From IMG/VR virus record IMGVR_UViG_3300044267_003893, positions 1 through 64,000 of that record: a stretch of 64,000 nucleotides of DNA; one strand, written 5' to 3'. Origin of the DNA: a virus (taxonomy: Duplodnaviria > Caudoviricetes). How positions within the stretch are numbered: position 1 is the stretch's first letter; the number at the start of each line of letters is the position of its first letter. Under the pieces are notes generated by a model that was not told the DNA's origin, made no database searches, and saw only the letters and a list, made by a program, of their open reading frames with translations. This document shows, piece after piece, positions 47,301-57,034 of this stretch. The position numbers were made by a program, and so were the translations under genes.

Positions 47301-50300
47301 TACCATCTCCTAAAAATTGAAACTCTTCATCAGCTTCAAATGCTAGATCATTATGTTCATGTTTTGCTCCTATAACATGTCCTAGTTCATGTAAAAGTAA
47401 TTGTGTGCTACCATAATTACCAACATTATCATATTGATCTTGAGTTTCAATATCAAGATCCATATTAAAAGCACCTTCATTAAGAAAATCATTGCTTAGA
47501 GAAAGCGCAGCAGAATAATGAGGTCTATGATAACCTAGATCGGTTATACTATTACAACCTACACTTCCTGTAAGCCCTACACCACTATTACTAAAATTAT
47601 TAACAAAACCTGGTATACAACCGTCTGGAAATTGTTCTTCACAAGTTAAAGCTGAGTCTGTATTACATTCACAAAATCCATCCCAATTAGATAAATATTC
47701 ATATATCTCATAAGGTGAACCATCTGGCATTTCTGTGCATTGTCTTGGTCTTGTAATCCAAGTACCAACTACATCTTTTGGTATTGCAATTAAATCAGGT
47801 TCATTACTATGTAGTGTTCTAGATAGTAAATTTAAAGTATTCATACTTCCCATTAAACCTCCCCATGTAGGAGCATAAGCAAGACAATATGAATTAATAC
47901 AATCATCACCAGTATACTGAGCTCCATGAATATATGGACATTGATCTGGATCTTCATATATTGCTATACCTGCTAATGTAATTTGTGCACCAACATTTTG
48001 GAACATTATTTCACTCATTATTGCAATCTGTGCTTCTACATATGCGGTCCAAGCATCAACATCGTTTTGAGGATAAAAAGCTGGATTATAATTTGTTAAC
48101 CAGGTATTACACGTGTTACCAAAAGGTGCAGCAGCAAAAGTAAACCAAGGTATATCAACAAAATGTCTTATACAAACTTCTTCTCCATCTACAAACATTA
48201 CAGATGGATTTTGATCTAACATTCTAGATGATATATTTGATTCACCTCTAGCTGATCTTGCTGCTCTTTCTAGTTTAAAGTTTACTTCTGATTCATTTGC
48301 TTTCCAAATATTTCTTAACTCATTTCTTCTGTGTATAATTTCTTCAGGGGTTCCATCATCTGTTCCACAACCTAAATTATTAATTTCAACTACACCTTCT
48401 CCTTCTACTCTTCCTATTCTATCTGAAAATTTAAATAAACCATATTTTGAATTTTGAAGTTGACCAATATCATATTGCTCATCATTTATCATTATAAACC
48501 CTGTTATTTTAGAATTATCTTTATTACCTGAAATTATTATTTTTCCTTTATATTTATAAAGTTCATTAGTTAATATAGATTGTTCTTCTCCTCTTATATT
48601 ATAAATTCTATTAGAAGTTGGTTTACTATCTTGCATAATAATACCATCCTTAGTACTTCTTCTAACTTTAAAACTATTTAAAATAGGAGATGCTTCAATT
48701 AAATTTACAGTAAGTACTTCATCATTTTTAAATGGTATTTCTAAATGAAATTTCTTAGGTTTTTTATCCCAAATAGTATCAAAAAATATTTTAGATACTC
48801 TAAATGATATACTATTATCTTTATCTCTAGTTCGCTCTGCTTTTTGTTTTTCTATTGGATTAGTAAAAGTTTTTCTAATAAAGCTTTTTCCAAAAGAAAC
48901 CATTTCACCAGTATCTGGACTATCTTCATCATCATCTTCACCTTCAGTATCTTCAACTGGTAAAACTTGATATGCTCCAGTTACTACTGTACAGCATTTT
49001 TGTAATTCTTCATCCCATATCCAACCTCCTGGACAAGGTCTACAACAACTTTGAAGTTCTTCATCCCATTCATATTTTGGATGAGGACAGCTTCTTACTT
49101 GCTCTACTCCAAGACATTCTGTTTCATTTACAAAAAACATTTGATTTTCTGGATCAAATTGTAAACATTGATTTGTATTACAAGGTTCATAATCCTTTTT
49201 ACTAAAGTATACAATGTCATAGTTAGGATCATATACGGCTTGGCAACCAATACCTATTACAGGATTATCAGCAAATTTAGTTCCTTCTAATTCTGGAAAT
49301 GCTTTTAATAATCTAGATGGTAAATATGTATTAAACCATTGTTTCATTCCTGCATCAGCAATATTAGTTAATGACTGTGAGTAATTAAATATTTTACCTT
49401 GAGCTTGAGACATGTAATATACTCCTGCAGGTGTATTTATTACACTCAATGAATTTTCACATGATCCATATTCATGTGGTAAATCAGCTGTACTTATTTG
49501 TTGCATTGGATCATTAAATAAACCTCCATCACCAATAGTAAGCTTTGTGTTAAAGTCTGTACTTAAAGTATCAACACCTTGAAATAATTGTGGAGCTATA
49601 TGAGGAAATAAAATTAATGCTCCTGATTTAGATATAGGTTTAACTGTAGTAGGAACGTTTTTAAAGTCTTGATAATTATTTGGTAAGAATACTCTCCAAA
49701 AATCTTTTTTAGATTCTTTATTAGCTTGATTTGAATATATTATTCTTTTAGTATAGTAATCATAACATGTATCTGCTACTATAGGATCATAGTCTCTTGG
49801 TTGTATTAATCCGTAAGTTACCATTTGACTTACCATATTAGATTTACTTAAAGAAAAATCATATTTATAATAATTACCTTTCTCTATTATATCTGCATGA
49901 AATAATGATTGAATATCTGTATAGTCAGCCCAATCATAATGTTTTTGATCTGTACTTTCTCCTTGATGTCTTAATCCTACATTAAGTTCTGATTCAACAA
50001 AGAAATCATTTATACCACTACAATGAGTATACATATAAGCAGTTCTTAAAATAAACATACTATTAGTTGAAGTATTTTCTTGATTTTCAACATCTTCTAA
50101 TACAGGACCATTAGCAAGATAAACACCAGATCCAAGATCTGATGTATCACCAATAGCAAATCCAGGTGGTCTATCTAAATTACGCATTGCTGATGGAACA
50201 GCATTACCATCAGTCCAATCAAAAGAAAAGTTTGTAATAGGTGCAAGTATATTATGAATATCATATTTTGTAGTATCCATCCAATATCTTGCAAAACCAA

Positions 50301-53300
50301 CATTCATATACTGTCTATAATCAAAAGCAAATTTATCAGGTTGCCCATTTAAAAATTCCCAAAAGAAAGGCATTATAACCTTTTCATTATATCTATTTAT
50401 ATAACAATCACCACCAAATAAAATACCTGATTTAAATACTTCTCCTGGTACAAATGTATCATCATCTAAATTTTCAGTAAATGGAACTAAAGTATCTGGT
50501 GTAACTTCAACATCTTCAACATACACACAAGTACAATCATCATTAGTGGCAGTTGAATTATAGTTAACTGCTAATGGATCTGTACAACCTGCAATACAGT
50601 TTCCTAATATCCAATCATCTCCTTGACAAGGAGAACATGGTTCAGGTTCTTCTGTAAATCCTGGTCTAATAAATTTTTGAGCACAAGGTACAGGTAGTTG
50701 TTTAATACCATCTAATTGACCATATTGATTATCCATTGCAAACTTTAATCCTACATAATGAGCACCAATATATGATATATAACTTTGAGTAGGAGTAGTC
50801 CAATTCTCTAAAGTACCTATTGTAAATCTAGATGAATCAAAGTTATTACCATCTTGCCATATTGGAGTTTGAATATTTCCAAAAGTTCCTGCAGTTTGAA
50901 TAGTAACAGTAGCAGGTCTATGTAAATTATTAATTTTAATATTCTCAGTAGTATTAGTGGATCCAAAGTCTTGTAAGGTGTTACCTACATATCTTCCTTT
51001 GGTTATATTATTTCTATATACAGATCCTTCTTGAAGTTCAAATGTATCTGAATACAGACCATATGAATTATATTTATAGGCATGATTTCTTAATCCTGCT
51101 ACATTATATATAAAGTCAATTATTATATCTCCACCTACAGCAGCATAATGGAATGTCATAAATACACCACTTATAATCTGTCCTAAGTTAGGTAGTGATT
51201 TTACATCAGTACCTTCAAACTTAATTTTTCTATTACCTATTGCTTCACCAAAAGCAGCTTGTTGTATAAGGTTAAGAGGTTGAAGTGTACCGTCTAATAT
51301 TGTACCTGTACCTGAGTAATATGCAGCTTCAGCTATACCTGGTGTAGCAAGAGAACCCTGTGTAAATCCAGTTTCTGCAGCTTCTATAAGTAAATTATTT
51401 ACAATACCTGGATTAGGACCAAATAAGGGAGGTGGAGCTCCTATTCCTGTTGCTACTTCAAGTTCAGTAGCTCTTTTACCACGCATTTTACTAATTCCAT
51501 AACCTACACCGACCACTGCTGCAATGATAGCTGCAAAGTCTCGTAATAGTGTAACTTTAGGATGTCCTTCGGAAGGTCTAAAAGATCCTGTTTGAATACC
51601 CCTTGTCCATCCGTAAGTCTTAACTTCAGCAGGATTTAAATAAGGTCTTTGGAAAGATGTCTCAGGTGAATGAAAAGTATAAAAATTATTACAATTCAAA
51701 GGATTAGTACTATTACCACAATATCCTGTACCTGGTTGTCCCATAGGTTGTGGGTTTGTATTATCCCAAAATTGTGGTGCAGCTGTTGTTAAAAAAACAT
51801 CATTGTTAGTACTATTATATGGATAGTTAGCATGAAGACCTACAGATCCTTGAGCAATTCCATCTCCAAAAGTATCTACTAGAGGATATTGTTTCATGTT
51901 TCTAAATAATCCTTTTGATAGTATAGATTTGTTACCTTCTCTTGATCCAACTAAAATTTCATAACCTACAACATTTGATATTGGTTTACCAGAATTATCT
52001 ATAGGCCAAGCAATATTATCAAATTCAACTCCTAAAATACGTATTCTTTGATTATTATTATTAGATCTATCAACAGTCCATTCTGTAGTATCTGTTTGTT
52101 CTTCTGGAAATTTATGATGTCTAATAGGTTTACCACATAAATCTCCCCATCTTCCATGAGGATCTTCTGAAGGATATAATTCTGTTGATTCCCAATATCC
52201 CATTTGACCTTTAGAAAGTATAACACCTCCATCATCTGTTGTTGTTACTCCATCAAATTCATCTACAGATGCTGTATTAGAAACTTGCCATGGTTCTGTT
52301 TCATTTGATCTAAGTATATTATTACCATCTGTAAGTGTAGAATCTTTTTCATCATCAGTTGCTTCACGTCCAGGAATATGATATGAACTAGATTTTTCAC
52401 CAGTTTGATAAATAAATCTAATAAAGAAAGCATATTGTTCATCTCTCATAAATGTTGGCTTATTACCACCATTCTTATAATACTCAGCAGGATATTCTAC
52501 AGAAACCCATTTAGCAGTTATGTTATTTGCTAAAGGTTGATAATTAAAATCAAAATTTGTTGTTGGACTTATTCTAAGAAGATAATCATTAAGAGGTATC
52601 ATCTTATCAGATTTTTCATATGCAGGATTTTGTAAAGTTAAATTCTGCAATGGAACTTGTTGTGATGTAGCTTTATTTGTAGGGATATAATCAATACTAA
52701 TAGTTGTTTGTTTTGTACTGTAAAATCCCACTTGAACAGCTGTTGGTTGTTGCTGTTGATTTGATAATATAACTAATTTATAAAAATCAAAATTTTCATC
52801 TAAGTTAGAAATTTTTATATTTAATGAACAGGCTGTACCATCATTATCAAATAAAGGTTGAATATTAGATACACCAATATAATCACCTATTTGTTGTTCA
52901 TTTATTGTATATGCAACATAGGCTTGATAAGATCCATTAGGTAATTGTCCAGGACTATCTCCTTTCTCAATATCAATACATGGAGTTTTCATTAATGGTG
53001 CTAAACGTATAAGATCACAATTGAGTCTTTTTGGTTCTATGTCTTCATAAACATAACAATCAGAACCATCAATTCCAGGACCTGAAACTTGTTCTTGAAA
53101 CCAAGGAACATATTCATTTTCAGGTATACTATTAGCAAAACCTAAATTAAGAGTTCTAGAAGGATTTAAACCATCATCCCAATATATTTGCCAAGTACAA
53201 TCATAGTTTTCTTTAGCAGCTCCTGTTATAAGATTAGAATGTCTAAAGTTTAAACATTGATCATTTACTAATGTAGTATATTCACATTTACTATCATCAA

Positions 53301-53601
53301 ATAATCCTATCTCACTTCCCCAATTATCATTTCCAGAAAATATTATCCAACTATCTCCATATAAATAAATGGCACCTATAATAACAAATCCTGTTTGAAC
53401 ACATATAAGATTAGCAGGTTCATTACCTATAGTACCAGCATCACCTTTTGCAGAATTATTAATACAATTTCTACAGTGTACCCAGTTTTCTTTTCCCACA
53501 AAACTTTTATGAGAATCTTTTATCATACCTTTTACAAATACATCAGTATCTACATTAGAGGTATCATTAGGTTTAAAGTTTTTACTTTTATTCTCTGCCA
53601 T
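44332..53601 (-). CDS. Muzzle/tail-stabilisation-like protein (3089 aa) with inserted metzincin protease, vWA and Cys-rich repeats
   Basis: Core motifs FVKGMIKD...NCINN...IGNE, RDEQYAFFIRF, SWTASYDPKIKGWVSFHDW and IWKHN...FNNYY. Inserted HELGHVIGAKH (47359-47391) and VFSMDASGS (46294-46308). It follows the two ring-like genes. Confidence 0.8.
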   Translation of the reverse strand: MAENKSKNFKPNDTSNVDTDVFVKGMIKDSHKSFVGKENWVHCRNCINNSAKGDAGTIGNEPANLICVQTGFVIIGAIYLYGDSWIIFSGNDNWGSEIGLFDDSKCEYTTLVNDQCLNFRHSNLITGAAKENYDCTWQIYWDDGLNPSRTLNLGFANSIPENEYVPWFQEQVSGPGIDGSDCYVYEDIEPKRLNCDLIRLAPLMKTPCIDIEKGDSPGQLPNGSYQAYVAYTINEQQIGDYIGVSNIQPLFDNDGTACSLNIKISNLDENFDFYKLVILSNQQQQPTAVQVGFYSTKQTTISIDYIPTNKATSQQVPLQNLTLQNPAYEKSDKMIPLNDYLLRISPTTNFDFNYQPLANNITAKWVSVEYPAEYYKNGGNKPTFMRDEQYAFFIRFIYQTGEKSSSYHIPGREATDDEKDSTLTDGNNILRSNETEPWQVSNTASVDEFDGVTTTDDGGVILSKGQMGYWESTELYPSEDPHGRWGDLCGKPIRHHKFPEEQTDTTEWTVDRSNNNNQRIRILGVEFDNIAWPIDNSGKPISNVVGYEILVGSREGNKSILSKGLFRNMKQYPLVDTFGDGIAQGSVGLHANYPYNSTNNDVFLTTAAPQFWDNTNPQPMGQPGTGYCGNSTNPLNCNNFYTFHSPETSFQRPYLNPAEVKTYGWTRGIQTGSFRPSEGHPKVTLLRDFAAIIAAVVGVGYGISKMRGKRATELEVATGIGAPPPLFGPNPGIVNNLLIEAAETGFTQGSLATPGIAEAAYYSGTGTILDGTLQPLNLIQQAAFGEAIGNRKIKFEGTDVKSLPNLGQIISGVFMTFHYAAVGGDIIIDFIYNVAGLRNHAYKYNSYGLYSDTFELQEGSVYRNNITKGRYVGNTLQDFGSTNTTENIKINNLHRPATVTIQTAGTFGNIQTPIWQDGNNFDSSRFTIGTLENWTTPTQSYISYIGAHYVGLKFAMDNQYGQLDGIKQLPVPCAQKFIRPGFTEEPEPCSPCQGDDWILGNCIAGCTDPLAVNYNSTATNDDCTCVYVEDVEVTPDTLVPFTENLDDDTFVPGEVFKSGILFGGDCYINRYNEKVIMPFFWEFLNGQPDKFAFDYRQYMNVGFARYWMDTTKYDIHNILAPITNFSFDWTDGNAVPSAMRNLDRPPGFAIGDTSDLGSGVYLANGPVLEDVENQENTSTNSMFILRTAYMYTHCSGINDFFVESELNVGLRHQGESTDQKHYDWADYTDIQSLFHADIIEKGNYYKYDFSLSKSNMVSQMVTYGLIQPRDYDPIVADTCYDYYTKRIIYSNQANKESKKDFWRVFLPNNYQDFKNVPTTVKPISKSGALILFPHIAPQLFQGVDTLSTDFNTKLTIGDGGLFNDPMQQISTADLPHEYGSCENSLSVINTPAGVYYMSQAQGKIFNYSQSLTNIADAGMKQWFNTYLPSRLLKAFPELEGTKFADNPVIGIGCQAVYDPNYDIVYFSKKDYEPCNTNQCLQFDPENQMFFVNETECLGVEQVRSCPHPKYEWDEELQSCCRPCPGGWIWDEELQKCCTVVTGAYQVLPVEDTEGEDDDEDSPDTGEMVSFGKSFIRKTFTNPIEKQKAERTRDKDNSISFRVSKIFFDTIWDKKPKKFHLEIPFKNDEVLTVNLIEASPILNSFKVRRSTKDGIIMQDSKPTSNRIYNIRGEEQSILTNELYKYKGKIIISGNKDNSKITGFIMINDEQYDIGQLQNSKYGLFKFSDRIGRVEGEGVVEINNLGCGTDDGTPEEIIHRRNELRNIWKANESEVNFKLERAARSARGESNISSRMLDQNPSVMFVDGEEVCIRHFVDIPWFTFAAAPFGNTCNTWLTNYNPAFYPQNDVDAWTAYVEAQIAIMSEIMFQNVGAQITLAGIAIYEDPDQCPYIHGAQYTGDDCINSYCLAYAPTWGGLMGSMNTLNLLSRTLHSNEPDLIAIPKDVVGTWITRPRQCTEMPDGSPYEIYEYLSNWDGFCECNTDSALTCEEQFPDGCIPGFVNNFSNSGVGLTGSVGCNSITDLGYHRPHYSAALSLSNDFLNEGAFNMDLDIETQDQYDNVGNYGSTQLLLHELGHVIGAKHEHNDLAFEADEEFQFLGDGTGGSFNFTSPWLYNPDSLDDTGYDYDAAGPGPLNNCKRGSPSGFDCGVTWQGTTAEPLTEMETGAVYNFELPFFQLADPTTEPITIGSGPLYMVPSFQASGILSYYGCGEDQASDPDCLPNVAYVNDYSKNWKYNPIQLKQQIKPTLQSALIDGCLVCDELPPLPEPFDEYCDCSHLGEEYELVLYGTDIPATDTDCFDETIQVHCAAKVCEDRECVDPVYNDVITEIDIQDSDYFKDVSWTASYDPKIKGWVSFHDWHPELNIQSHNHFMTTNTRPLPYPTCVDGFLYNPDTGECEYKIQELQPAQIDIDVVDCCDPEITVDPMNIVFSMDASGSTYSGGVYGAEWGFACGLMELLQPYANAGYIQAGYTLWSNTGESESTPMFTNWGICPNAQNPFGGGTDIQEGLDAGFENLMNTEESALPIGSTTVQCGDGTYNDRYSCSNFRNILFLLSDQLSQGGFGGDAADICYSGTEVFAVFANPVAACFEDLPDYAQAGLLNSSCSDQGEYAYGFGPTQSQPYLYQYANGPCDDYGPILNQLIQNMFNPCECECPEGYTQVGDTFANYQLINGELVATNPFFPPKCIKIECSCPVLEDYDLTVPNLPDDIDPYVWLTEYGDCDDPYLWGYSEFYGVHPGTGEEWTYVNENPAMCQFDKQAFVEPTYQGGGIWKHNVRCDLFNNYYSVQYPWEIELVESMGQSVNTVRSIEYQLESYQYKPKFDADGCVLNFGCDDRWHDLMYNFDEAIIYNSEQVSGLLVLNQQTANINDTLQYPIIGTEDIQILYSKVEQKYRFDQFWDITNDRNISESIFITQLNGYIRDLNASYMNYDKPQLERKKFRHYTNNLILKKRVQYFVNPAIQIPEIPEPCFPCGEGPILEEGCVPGCTDPSALNYFGGATADNCTCIYAQNVCPPGSICGCMDSTALNYYPEATVDDGTCIYEGEQIYTNINNVPEIFDELGNPIDPAAFLHTRKMILKLVNTKINLSIR

Positions 53602-53606
53602 TTTAT

Positions 53607-54521
53607 TTATCTTACAGGAGGATAACTTCTAAACATATCATAATAATTATGATATTGTGCTTTTCTATTTACACTCCATATTTTTTGCATGTCTTTAAAG
53701 TCTGGAGTATTTATAAATCCTAATGCATTATTACGTGCTGCTCTTAATTTACCTTGCATATATTTTAATTTTTGAGAAACATCTTCTCCATCAAATAACA
53801 TGTTTTCTAATATTCTTTCTTTCAATGCATATTCATAGTATTCATTACAATAAGGATGATCTAATACTAATAATTCTCCTTCTTCATTCTCCATTGCTCC
53901 TTGATAATTCATGTATACTTTTCCTGTATCAAAATTAGTTAATAAAAATCCATCTTTTATTTCTGCAATATCAACAGCTTCAGCATTAATATTAGGACAA
54001 CCGTTTTCAATAACTGAAGTACTATTTTTTATTCTTAATGGATAAAATCTTGTAGAAGTTCTATATTGTTCAGCACCCATATATTGAACTACCATATATT
54101 GATTAGTATATACAGTTTCTCCATTTTCTTCTTTAGGACAAGTTTTAACTACACAAACATCTTTACATGTAGGATCATCACAAGGACCAACGTCTCCTCC
54201 ATCAGGAGATGGTACATACTCAGTTTGAGTTGTGTCAACATGTGTACCAGAAGGAAATGTATTTACAGTTTTAAATTCATCACATACAAAAGCATAATTT
54301 AGATATTTAAAATCAGAGGGTAATTTAACTTTACTATGTTCAACTTCTAATACATCTTCTTTAGTTCTATGTATTTTTAATCCTAAATCATAATTAACTC
54401 TGATTGCAACTTTAATTAATTGCTGAGGTTCAACCATCCCTTCTAAAGCTTGACTAGAAAAGTCAATACTAACATCTTCCATTAATTGATTAAATGTTCT
54501 ATATTTATGTGAAATTGCCAT
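53607..54521 (-). CDS. Tail ring/tube adaptor-like protein (crAss-like ring protein)
   Basis: 304 aa. YRTFNQLMEDV...LIKVA...GFLLTNFDTGKVYMNYQG...LVLDH...EYALKERIL. Position upstream of the muzzle gene. Confidence 0.65.
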   Translation of the reverse strand: MAISHKYRTFNQLMEDVSIDFSSQALEGMVEPQQLIKVAIRVNYDLGLKIHRTKEDVLEVEHSKVKLPSDFKYLNYAFVCDEFKTVNTFPSGTHVDTTQTEYVPSPDGGDVGPCDDPTCKDVCVVKTCPKEENGETVYTNQYMVVQYMGAEQYRTSTRFYPLRIKNSTSVIENGCPNINAEAVDIAEIKDGFLLTNFDTGKVYMNYQGAMENEEGELLVLDHPYCNEYYEYALKERILENMLFDGEDVSQKLKYMQGKLRAARNNALGFINTPDFKDMQKIWSVNRKAQYHNYYDMFRSYPPVR

Positions 54522-55192
54522 TATCTATTTAAATTTTGTTTATTATCTGAATCTTCTGAAGGAACTTTTAATGTATTAAATGTTTCTTGCATTACTTGTT
54601 GTTCTATTTCTGCAAATAAGAATTCAGGTATAAACATTCTTTGTTTATATCTTGGTATACAGTTATCTGAAGGATCACAATTAAAATTTGAAATATCATT
54701 TTCCCAAACCCCTTCTATTTTTACAGCATCCCAATCTATATTAGGAAAATATAAATAATCATTTAAAAACCAAAAGTATTTAGTTGTGTTATATTTAAAT
54801 GTAGTTGACTTAGTCATTGATGCATAAGTTCCTGGTGCAGTAGCTTGACACTCTGTACAACCATCAATTGATGATACAGTTCTAATTAATGGACCCCAAT
54901 ATCCTTCTTGAAATGCTGGAAGTTTTAATTTTGTACGTTTAATAGTTATATCACTTTTTATTCCAATATAATCTGATTCTATTTTATCTATATCAACTAA
55001 TTCTACATAATCTAAACTTTGCCAAATACCATTAAACTTCATTAGCTTATTAGCATTATCTTGTCTTCTCATGTATAATTGAGCATATTTTTTAATCAGA
55101 CTATAAAGATATCTATCTGTAACAAATGCATCTTCAGATTCAGCTTTTATTTGACCTCTGACCCGAGATACTATATCTCCTATTGTTTGCAT
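54521..55192 (-). CDS. Tail ring/head-tail adaptor-like protein
   Basis: 223 aa. MQTIGDIVSRVRGQIK...TDRYLYSLI...KYFWFLNDYLYFPN...FIPEFLFAEIEQQV. Coupled (TAATG) to the next ring gene. Confidence 0.65.
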   Translation of the reverse strand: MQTIGDIVSRVRGQIKAESEDAFVTDRYLYSLIKKYAQLYMRRQDNANKLMKFNGIWQSLDYVELVDIDKIESDYIGIKSDITIKRTKLKLPAFQEGYWGPLIRTVSSIDGCTECQATAPGTYASMTKSTTFKYNTTKYFWFLNDYLYFPNIDWDAVKIEGVWENDISNFNCDPSDNCIPRYKQRMFIPEFLFAEIEQQVMQETFNTLKVPSEDSDNKQNLNR

Positions 55193-55197
55193 ACTAT

Positions 55198-55719
55198 TTA
55201 ACTTTTATTTTTATACATATGAGCAACTCTTTTCTTACTTTCCATAACAATATATTTAGGCCATTGTTCAGGATATGTTTTTGCTACAGCTCTTTTAAAT
55301 TGTCTAACAGCTTTAAATTGCCACAGTTCTCTATTTTTAAATCTATATTTAGTTGCTAAATTTGTATAAAATATTTTAGCAATTTTACCATCAGTTGCAT
55401 GATTTCTATTTTGAAGAACTTTACCATATTGTTTTGAAAGAGAATAATTAGTATTTACACTCTTTGCAGCAGGACATGTTCCTATAAATAAATAACCTAG
55501 GGAATCAGGTAATTCTACACCTTCTCTGCTTTCTATAACTTCTTCCCACAACTTTGTATTATATAATCTAATAATTTTTTTAAGCTTAGAATTGTCTATA
55601 TTACTATATACAGGATACTTATCTTTAAATTCTTTTATCAATTCTGAATTTAATAAACTTAAAACTTTTTCCCTGTATCTAGGAGCATTTAAATTTGGAG
55701 CTTTAAAATTACTTATCAT
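55198..55719 (-). CDS. IHF/HU-like DNA-binding protein
   Basis: KKIIRLYNTKLWEEVIESREGVELPDSLGYLFIG resembles the IHF helix-strand core. Crassvirales typically carry IHF-like genes next to ring genes. ATG at 55719 is preferred over TTG at 55728. Confidence 0.55.
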   Translation of the reverse strand: MISNFKAPNLNAPRYREKVLSLLNSELIKEFKDKYPVYSNIDNSKLKKIIRLYNTKLWEEVIESREGVELPDSLGYLFIGTCPAAKSVNTNYSLSKQYGKVLQNRNHATDGKIAKIFYTNLATKYRFKNRELWQFKAVRQFKRAVAKTYPEQWPKYIVMESKKRVAHMYKNKS

Positions 55720-55729
55720 ACTATACAAT

Positions 55730-55741
55730 ATAATTTACAAA
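55730..55741 (-). promoter_or_regulatory. Candidate phage late-promoter motif (TTTGTAAATTAT)
   Basis: Intergenic, 10 nt upstream of the ATG at 55719. Confidence 0.45.
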
Positions 55742-55776
55742 AAAAAGAGGATTAATAAAAGTTTAAACCCAATAGA

Positions 55777-56985
55777 TTAGTCTGGTGAATAAGTTAGTTC
55801 ACATATATTACCTTTATTATAATCATGTAATTCTATTACACCTGATCTTTTAGATCCTACAAACTTATTATGATAATGCCAATAATCTGTTCTAGAAAGA
55901 CTTGGAAGTATCTTTAGCATAAAACCTGTACGTTCATTTGTAGTAATATATTCTACTTTCTTTTTATGATGCAAATGACCTGTAAATAAGGTTCTATTTG
56001 CAGTTATACCCCATTGTTGTGCAAACTCTGTAGCATAAAGTAAAAGAGAGTTTTTAGTATTTACATCACCATGTTCAAAAGCAAAGAAATTATCACCCCA
56101 TGTATATACTTTTCTTTCAAGATATGTTACATCCCAAAGTATATTAGGATCATCTATAGCTCTAGATAAAGCATGAGTTAAATGAAATGAAGATAATCTA
56201 TCATGGTTACCAGGAATATATACAACCTGAAGATCATCACAATATTGTTTTATAAAATTTATACTCCAATATATTGCATCAAATGCTTGCATATATGCAT
56301 CTGTAGCAGTAGAACAATTATCTAATGGTGTACCACTAGTAGTAGTACCTGCCCATGTATCCATATTCATTAGATCTCCTCCTACTACATAAAATATTTT
56401 TTTAAGATTATGGCCAGAATGTGCTCTTTCTACAAGATCCATAATAGTTTCTTCAAAATCTTTATCTATAGTTTCGTTACCTTGTTTACCAAAATGAATA
56501 TCTTGTAAAGATAAAATAGCACATACATCTTTTTTACTTTGACTTTTAATTCTTTTAACTGGAGAGAATTTTTTAGGTTTCCAGTTTTCAAGTAATTGTT
56601 CTATATGAGCAGTATCATCATTTTTAAGTTTTGTAATTAAAGCTGATATACGCCAATGATCTGACATTTGTTTATTCCAATATTGAGATAACTTCCATTG
56701 TGTTGTGTCAATATTTAATATTTGTATAATTTCTTCAGGAGATTTAGGTTCTGTATGTGATATTCCAGTAATTTTTCCTTGACCATTTTCCATGTCATAT
56801 GATGATGTACAATCATCTGTGACATATCCCATCTCTTTTTCTTCTTTTCTTTTTTCTCTTTCTTCTGCATAAATTTCTTTTTTTATTTTATCAAATTCTT
56901 CTTCTGTTATTCCTAATCTCTCTGCACAATATTCTGAATTCTTTTTCCATTTTAAAGCATTTTTTACTTTTTCTTTTAAATTCAT
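55777..56985 (-). CDS. Calcineurin-like metallophosphoesterase with an N-terminal HTH-like region
   Basis: QDIHFGK, GGDLMN, PGNHD, FEHGD and FTGHLHH motifs. N-terminal NSEYCAERLGITEEEF. Confidence 0.85.
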   Translation of the reverse strand: MNLKEKVKNALKWKKNSEYCAERLGITEEEFDKIKKEIYAEEREKRKEEKEMGYVTDDCTSSYDMENGQGKITGISHTEPKSPEEIIQILNIDTTQWKLSQYWNKQMSDHWRISALITKLKNDDTAHIEQLLENWKPKKFSPVKRIKSQSKKDVCAILSLQDIHFGKQGNETIDKDFEETIMDLVERAHSGHNLKKIFYVVGGDLMNMDTWAGTTTSGTPLDNCSTATDAYMQAFDAIYWSINFIKQYCDDLQVVYIPGNHDRLSSFHLTHALSRAIDDPNILWDVTYLERKVYTWGDNFFAFEHGDVNTKNSLLLYATEFAQQWGITANRTLFTGHLHHKKKVEYITTNERTGFMLKILPSLSRTDYWHYHNKFVGSKRSGVIELHDYNKGNICELTYSPD

Positions 56986-57034
56986 AAGATAGCTATATTA
57001 ATTAGTGCTGCTAATATATAAAAAAAATGTTAAT

